A DNA stretch of 59,420 bases, the filler included, from Sphacelaria rigidula (Eukaryota): assembly GCA_964200075.2 (NCBI GenBank). It is 3 parts of 3 records of this genome, joined end to end, with 100 filler letters (N's around TTAATTAATTAA, not from the genome) between each part and the next. Parts side by side here need not be neighbours in the genome. Positions count along the whole stretch, not along the records: positions 39,683 to 59,420 come from CAXNAA020000621.1; 2 more parts are not named here. The stretch is one strand, 5' to 3'. The notes beneath the pieces were generated by a model. It did not search any database and was not told the origin of the DNA. It saw only the letters and a program-made list of their open reading frames with translations. Of this stretch, positions 52,283 through 59,420 are shown piece by piece. Position numbers and translations under genes: made by a program. Position 1 is the stretch's first letter, and each line of letters starts with the position of its first letter.

Positions 52283-55200
52283 GTTCATGACACTGTTCCC
52301 GCGTAGGGTCTGTCTGTTTTTCGAGGGAAGAGGTCAGCCCACGATACGCGCCAGCTTCATTGTAGGAGCTAGGTGCACGGTGTTTTCCCGTACTTTGGAA
52401 ATCGAATGTACGATCGCAGAAGCGTCTTGGTAAACGTGAGGTGCGCGCTTCGCTCCGCATGACATCACATCGTTCGCGCAGAAACCCGAGTCCATGGTTG
52501 CGGAAACGCTGAAGATGAAGGGTGAACTTGAGTTCACCCGGCTATTGCGAGTGGATGGGCGGTTCGAGGGAGACCTCATCACTGACAACGGAAGCCTCGT
52601 CGTTGGACCCAAGGGAGAGGTTGTTGGAGACCTCAAAAATATGAAGGTGCGTGTCCCTGATGATGGCAAAGTGGGTGAGATCTTCCTGTCAACGTGTACC
52701 GTCAACCCCTCAGACCATGATGAAGACAGGTGAGCCATCTTCAAGCAAGAACACTTTTTGCCAATCCAACCAGTGAATCACTTTCTCTCTGGAAAAATGG
52801 ACATGAAGAACTTCAGAAGTGTGTGCGCTCGCTCGCTCGCCGCCTCCGGTCGGGGCGTAAGGGCGTGGACGGGGAGTACGGAAGGCTACGTTGGTACTTG
52901 ACGCAGGGTGACTGCTGGTGGGATAGCGGATGTTAACGACAAGTACCGAATTTTCATTGTGATGTATGATGGGGAATTCAGCATGCGTTTTATAGTTTTC
53001 GTGTGGGAGAATTGTTTCATCATATCGGTTACCGGGTTTGTCACATGACAGTTTTTCACGGTTTGAGGGTGATGGCGATTGGATGGATGACGATCCCAGT
53101 GCAAGCCATCTTGCCGATCCCGCTTCGTATCAAACATCGCAGCCACGCACAGTGCGGTGATGAGAATGATCGATTCCATGATTACGCACCAAAATAAGCC
53201 TTGCTAGTCGTGTGGTTGGTTTTTCTTCTCGTATGTAAAACGCTGATTCTGTTTGGCCTCCCGGATGTGTCGACTGTCGTATTATGATGACGTCTCTTAC
53301 TCGTGAAGTTGGGGGGAGGGGAGACGGGGATTGTAGCCCACGTGATCTTCTCTGGAGGTCAAACAGTTTCCCAACCAGGTGTGGTGAAACTGTTCTAGTG
53401 GTTTCTGACGTACTTTCTGACGCATTCCCCGCTAAGCCCTTTAGTACAGATCTCATCCTACCCTCAAACTGCCTTATTGACTCATCGCCAGAGAATCTCG
53501 AAGCGCTGCCAATTTGCCACCGGAGCTAGGCGCGTTTGTTAATGGTATCCCGTATGTTCCCGTGCTTCCGTCATGTTGACTTCGGGTTGGGTGAATTAAC
53601 AGGAGGTTTATGTGGAAGGTATCGTGCGCGGGAATGTGTTCGCCAGCGAAGTCAAGGTGAGGGGTCAACCTCTAGGTTGAAACAGTGAAGAGGAACAAAT
53701 GATTCAAAGCGAAACAGATAGCGGGGCGGGGGTTGTACTCATGATCATGCATATAGTCACAAGACCGTGGACCTCGCATCCCTACAAAGCCGGGACGGAG
53801 CACGCCGGGTTGTCGCCGGACCAGGCTCGCCAATACCAAGCGCGAAGCGCCGTGGTGTTATCGGCGAGACGCATGAAGGGTGAGCTGAATCCTGCTAAGA
53901 TTATTCGGTCCGAAGCCTGCATTATCTTGCATTCGAATGGCAGCCTCCAATGAGTTGCTTTATTTTCTGTTGCCCGTTTGTGGAGAGTTAGCAACCAAGG
54001 CGACGTGGCGTGTCCCAATATTCCTGTCCCCTTGCTTTTTGTGAAAGACTCGAAAATATGCAGTCGAATCGAATTGGTCGTTACGAGGCCATATCATACG
54101 TCCACGGCTTTCATGCTCTCAGGTGGTTTCAAGTCCATTTTATGAGTAGTTGCGTGTGACGGGCAGAGTCAACAACAGAAGCTCGGCTTTTTTTCGCGAA
54201 CCGAGCGGCTGAATAAACGAAGGGGCACGCAACCTCTATGTTGCTGACAACCATGCCAAATACCTCCGTTTTACAAAATTATGCAAAACCCAAATGGTCC
54301 ATTCGCAAATACGTATTCAGCCCTGTGGCATTGATCACGAACTGAGCACAGGGATTCAAACTCTGCCGACATCACCCCGTCTTTGGCATGAAGCCTATTT
54401 TTTGTCGTCGAAACTTGCGCATCTCATTCTGTGGCGGGTTCCATTGGCGGAGTTGCGTGTTGGAGTGGACAATCAAATTGCCAACGCGCTCGTGCACAGT
54501 AAAGGCGGTGCGAAAACTACATGTGGTTCAAATCTGCTTCGCATCCTGTGTGCTGAAAGTCGCTTTTCCCACTTCTAGGATAGCGCGCATCTTGAGAGTT
54601 GCTGTGCTCTCCACGCCCCATCACCATCTATACATTGAATACGGCAAGTTGACGAGACAGGACATGCGCGATTCGGCATCTGATTCAGTACTACAGTTGT
54701 CACTTACGACATATGCGTTCTGGGCGACTGTTGATCCAGCATGCTGTGCCAAACACCGACGTCATCAAGACGATGGAGGCGGCTACACTGGTACAGTCTG
54801 TACTGTCCGTGCTGAACTGTCCATTGAACATATGTGAAGGAGTTTCACTTCACGAATTTCGCGTAGTCTTGTCGATACTGGGCTTGCAAATTCGCCCGAA
54901 CCCCAACATGGCATGACGAACTGAATAAGTTCAGCCGCACGGACTCCTTCGAGTTTTTTTTTTCGATAGGACACGGCTTGAGCAAAGCAGAAGGTTTTTC
55001 ATGATGAGATCCGATTACTTACTCTTGATCGATATGATAGTTGATCGGCAGCCACCCCCACTCCCCGTCTGTTGTGCCCCGTGGTCAATCTGTCTCAGGT
55101 GAAGAACAATGGTATGCTCTTCGGTGACATCCAGTGCCTGCAACTCACTCTCGACCCGACGGCCTCTGTGAAGGTGTGGATTCTCGCGACAGCGTGGTGT

Positions 55201-55696
55201 GAAAATGATCCGGCCGGCTTGGGCTGATTCCTGAAAGAAAATGGAAATTAGTACCATTAAATCTTGACGTGAAAATGGACGCATTTTGCGTGCTGAGATT
55301 TGATGGGGTGTGGATATTTCTTGTGAAGTCATGAGTCAATTCTAGTAATGAATCAGAGGCGAATCTCGCGTGTCCCGTCTCGTCAACTTGCCGTATTCCA
55401 TGTATTGATGGTGATAGGGCGTGGCGGACACAGCAACCCTCAAGGAGCGCGCCATCCAGGAGAAGGCGGACGCCAAGAAGGCCGCTGCCGCCGCGGCCGC
55501 CGCCTCAAACGCAGCATCGTCGAACGGTGCAGTAACGAAACCTCCCTCGGCGGCACCCGTGGCATCCGCGGCGGGAGGAATGGCACCGACGTACGCATCA
55601 GGTTCGGCCGTGATGACGGCTGGCGAGCGAAGCATCGCCCCAGTTACTAAGTCACGCCCGACGAGGATCGAAACCTCGATGCCACCGCCGTCTTGA
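52217..55696 (+). CDS. Bactofilin (polymer-forming cytoskeletal, CcmA/DUF583-type) domain protein, 5 exons, ~212 aa
   Basis: Exons 52217-52282, 52482-52646, 53603-53656, 55099-55173 and 55418-55696, all joined by phase-0 GT-AG introns. Spliced core: SMVAETLKMKGELEFTR/LLRVDGRFEGDLITDNG/SLVVGPKGEVVGDLKNMK/EVYVEGIVRGNVFASE/VKVKNNGMLFGDIQCLQ/LTLDPTASVKGVA, i.e. six ~17-aa G-[DEN]-[LIV] windings. An Ala/Pro/Ser-rich tail follows. The start codon and first exon are less certain. Confidence 0.88.
52482..52646 (+). CDS. Bactofilin exon 2 (windings 1-3)
   Basis: Acceptor cgcag, 165 nt, KMKGELEFTRLLRVDGRFEGDL, donor GTGCGT. Confidence 0.92.
53603..53656 (+). CDS. Bactofilin exon 3 (EVYVEGIVRGNVFASEVK)
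   Basis: Acceptor aacag, donor GTGAGG, 54 nt; supplies the expected fourth winding; not in the ORF track. Confidence 0.88.
54572..54693 (-). repeat. Inverted copy of 55343-55465 (bactofilin last-intron 3' end plus start of exon 5)
   Basis: Core 54611-54693 versus 55343-55424 differs at about 9 of 83 positions by manual alignment; weaker similarity extends ~40 nt into the exon. Confidence 0.9.
55099..55173 (+). CDS. Bactofilin exon 4 (VKNNGMLFGDIQCLQLTLDPTASVK)
   Basis: Acceptor tctcag, donor GTGTGG, 75 nt; windings 5-6; not in the ORF track. Confidence 0.88.
55418..55696 (+). CDS. Bactofilin exon 5 (end of domain plus low-complexity tail)
   Basis: Acceptor gatag, GVADTATLKERAIQEKADAKKAAAAAAAAS...PPPS*, GC-rich coding-like composition. 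Confidence 0.8.
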   Translation, partial: GVADTATLKERAIQEKADAKKAAAAAAAASNAASSNGAVTKPPSAAPVASAAGGMAPTYASGSAVMTAGERSIAPVTKSRPTRIETSMPPPS

Positions 55697-58600
55697 GCAT
55701 CTGGCTGTTGATGCTGCTGTGCGATAAAACTGCGCAAAAAACTTTGTAGAGATTCGTTTTCTTTCGTTTCGTTTGAATTGCTTAATGTGTTGGTGCCAGG
55801 GAGATTGGAAACGGGTGAGGGAGAGGGCAGGTTTACTGTTGCCACTGCTGGGGTGTAATGTGGTACTCGTATTTTACATGTACGTTTTGGTCGCTCGTGT
55901 TGCATCGTATCCCCCTTACCTCCGGGTGCATCGACGTTTCTGGGAACAGTTTTGCCCACTCATGAAAAGTATTTGGTGATGATTCCCTTTCTTTCGATTG
56001 ACATTTCGCAATCGGCCTATTATTTTGTGGCTTGTATCAACTATATATTGGAGTTCAACACCGAAACAAACCGTGTTCCCTTGACTCGTGCGGGATTGTC
56101 GACCCAACTCTATCGTTGCCGTCATTTTACATTCTCGTTCTATGTGTGATCCTCGTTAGCTTGCAGCCAGTGGTGCAACGTAATGTGTTGGCCAGGCTCC
56201 TTACATATTCATCTACATTTTCGGCTGTTTTAATTGGTGCCCCGAGATTGGTCCGCATTCCCTAAAGGAGTGGGTTTCGCATGGGCTCATGTGCTCATTG
56301 GATCTGTGTTTGGGGCAGATGCATGCACATTCCTGGAGAATTGAGGTCACGTTCATTGTAGCGTGGGGTGTTCTTTTTCCTCGGCCTGTCTCCGCCGGGT
56401 GTCGGCGGGAAAAACGACAGTCGTGAGTGTATTTTGTCAGAGGTGAATCAATAGTCAACCAGTACAGATATTTTATCCACGTGCTGATTGCATGTCGAAC
56501 GTGGCAAATTTGGACGGGTGTGATGGGGAGTGGTGGTGCGATCTTTGATGTTTTACTGTTCTCTTGTCGGGTGATGGTGTTCTGTTTCTCCGGTGGCTTC
56601 ACTCGGTTCTTGTCGTCCCCCATTCCGAGTCTTTTCCCGAGTTTTCATGCGATTAGGTGCACCATGGAATTAAAGTGTGCGGAAATGGAGGTTGAAGGTG
56701 GTATCGTCGCTGCAGCCCCATGTGTTGAACTTGACTGCAGGCGTCGTGGAATGTACTCGGTAACGGAGAATCAATGAATAACGTACCCCGACTTGGACGT
56801 GTGCGCTGCCCTCACCCTTGTTGCGTTCTCCTATACGTCGACGTTTTCTTGAATCTGTTTACCTCTCTGCTGCGCATCCTTTACTTCAAATGTCCCTCAG
56901 GCTTGATATTGAGTTCCATAGGGTTCCTGTATTCGGGTAGTTCCGTACTTTTCTCGATCCCATACCTATTGCGGCTGAGTGATTGCACTGCGTGGTGCTG
57001 TTTGCATTTCTCTTGTCTCTTCTGGGCGAAATCTAACCTGAGTGCAGTGACGGATTCGCTTTTCTTTAGCAGTTGGGTTGATTTCGAAAGTGAAATAGTT
57101 TACTTTTGAGGAGATATTGGTGGAGCTAAGTATGATTTTTTTGTTTAATTCTGGTAATGGTTTCTCCCTTCAAGTGCCCCCCCCCCCCCCAGTCCCGACG
57201 TTTCTGTGATGTTTCATATGTGTTGTGTTGGGCTACCATTCCCCGGTATTACTGACCAGAAATCAGTCGTGAAGAGGTTGACCAATGTGTGTACCTGAAG
57301 TCCCTGTCTCGCTGGCGAAACGAGTGAAGTTCACACTATTGAAATGTACTCTATGGGAAGGTGGCGACCAGTTTATGCGGGCCTATAGTATGCCTTGCTG
57401 CCTTCTCCTGGAACCCATATCGTTATACGAGGAGCGCTGGATTTGCAGAGCGAGGAAAAGAAGCAACGGCGCTCGTGACGTGATGAACGGAAAAACATTG
57501 TTCGATTCCTCATGTCTTGACAGTTTTTGTTGGGGTCGGATGTTGGTGATTGTCGTGTATCACTGGAGACTCGTGAACAGAAAGATGAATGGTGCATGAT
57601 AGTATCGTTGTTGTTGTCCCTTGTGCTGGCTAGTACTATAACCGCTTCGATAGGAAGGCGTAGGGTCGGAGACGGTGTGTGCAGACAGGGAGGGTATAAC
57701 ATTTTGTACATCATTGTATATGCCCAATATTTTTTACTCGACCCTTGTTTTTCATCCAAATTGGTACCATTATGGTGCTTTTGTTTTCGGGACTAGATAC
57801 ATATTTATATATATTTGTGGAGCGCAGTCGCGGGACATTTCGCGAATAATTGAGGTCAACTTCACACGTGACACGTTGCCTGGGTAAGACTTTGTCCTCG
57901 TACTTGATTGATATCGAGTGTTGTGGAGGAAACGTTGAATGATAATGAAAGCATGATACGAACACAGGAGGTACCCACCATGCCGAACACACCGAAAGTG
58001 TGTGCCTTGCCCTCCCATGAGCGCACCTGAGCCTGGAGGTGGCATGATGAAAACGTGAAACTGCTGTACGGCAATCCGATACAGGACCCGGGGTTCTGGA
58101 GAGAGCGGACGAGATGTGATACATGACCAAAGTTTCCTTCGGCTCCCCTCCAGGTGAAACGATTGATGTCAGGGGTGAGCTTGACATTCATTTACGCAAG
58201 GGACACACGCCCTGGCTTTTATTTCGTGTCCCCACAAGGCAGATCGAGTACGATCCGACATCACGGTACTTGAACCGTCTCGATGATCAATCCGTTGGCT
58301 GTCGACTTACTTCAAGTAACCCGATGGAACTCGAAGGTTTCCTATGCACCGATCCGCTGTACTGTACGGTATGAAGCCCGACATATGGCGGTGTGAATAA
58401 AGCGGTATACCTAAGGTGAGGCGTCCGGAATTTGCGTCCACAACTCAAACCCGGCATATGACGGTGGCCCTCTTGAACCGGGTCGAGCCCTGTACAGTAC
58501 GGTAACCACCTGTCTTAGACCTTGTGTCAGATTGATCAATCAATCCGCTGCTAAGGCTAACTCTCACGGGAGCGTTTAAAATTTTAGTTTGCAATAATTC

Positions 58601-58737
58601 CAAATGACTTTTTTTCATATAATAGCCGCGGCTGTGTATTTTGTGCCCGTCCACGATGATGAACGAAAAAACTAGAAACTCCCCTAAAGTTATTTTTGTA
58701 AATGAAATTCCAAACGCTCCCAAACGAGTTGGCCTTG

Positions 58738-59014
58738 GGCCGGGTGTTACGGCGAACAGATTTTTGGCCCACGGATCATGTTTGGCACGTTGGCGATTTT
58801 CCCTGTTTCGTCTTGGGACACAAGCATCACCCCACAGAGAGGAGCCTAGTCTGCTTTTCAGTCTTGCTTGGTTCCGAGGTTTCGAGATCGGCCGCTGAAC
58901 AAGAATTCGTGTGCAGAAATCTGTGCTTGCCGACCCCCCCCAGTTTACCACTCGATCTGTGGAGATCGCCGTAAATTTTGTTGTGTGAAAATCTGTTTGC
59001 CACACCATCCGGCC
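58738..59014 (+). mobile_element. Harbinger-like MITE with TIRs ggccgggtgttacggcgaacagattttt / aaaatctgtttgccacaccatccggcc
   Basis: Imperfect ~27-bp TIRs, followed by TAA; second copy at 22779. Confidence 0.75.
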
Positions 59015-59420
59015 TAAGATGGAAAACGAGCACCATGTGGCGTCCACAAACCCGTTTCTCCCTGTTTCTTCGCTAGAACGCGGAATTGAATGGTACCTTC
59101 ACCACCACGATGTTGGCCTTAACCCGAGCAGCCCAAAACCGAGGAGTTTGGGCATATCTGTTGTTCTAGAAGCCACAGGGAAAAGAACTTGGAGGTTGGA
59201 CGATGACTCTCAGTCAAGGTGACTGCTGGAGAATGACTTCGGGGTAGGTATTACGGTAGTGAGGCCGCAATGCTGGAGAGGGCTGTGTGCCAAAGACGTG
59301 AGCCCGAGGGCGTTCTGTTTGTCGATCAAGGAAAGTCTACCACGAGTCATACGTGTTGCTGAATGACACAAAGAGGTATACACTACTACTACTACTATGA
59401 CTACTGTATAATTCCAACCT

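Noticed and set aside
21693-55696. GGT plus bactofilin as a horizontally acquired bacterial-like cluster, or contamination
   Set aside because: They lie on different contigs joined by an artificial linker, and both have spliceosomal introns.
55342-55959. 205-aa minus-strand ORF
   Set aside because: Antisense shadow of GC-rich bactofilin exon 5.

Overview
Eukaryotic, intron-rich, repeat-rich DNA of roughly 50% GC. Long GT-AG introns, the LINE/MITE types and a stramenopile-type bactofilin suggest a brown alga; this assignment is an inference. The window is not one locus. Two identical 100-nt artificial spacers (N44-TTAATTAATTAA-N44) join three pieces of 19,744, 19,738 and 19,738 bp, most likely length-sorted unplaced contigs. 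Piece 1 (1-19744) is mostly nested transposon debris (a LINE split by a 454-bp foldback MITE, an inverted MITE pair, an AGCT-rich element) plus two exons of an unidentified gene. Piece 2 (19845-39582) holds a complete 8-exon, 617-aa gamma-glutamyltranspeptidase-family gene of the YwrD/HpxW-like type, with a TE-filled 6-kb first intron, followed by a diverged ~125-bp tandem array and a tRNA-derived head. Piece 3 (39683-59420) holds the most interesting element, a 5-exon spliced bactofilin (bacterial-type beta-helical cytoskeletal protein) of about 212 aa. All its introns are phase 0, and an ~120-bp inverted copy of the last 3' splice site lies in an upstream intron, bracketing exon 4. Almost all entries in the six-frame ORF track are spurious; real coding sequence appears only after splicing.
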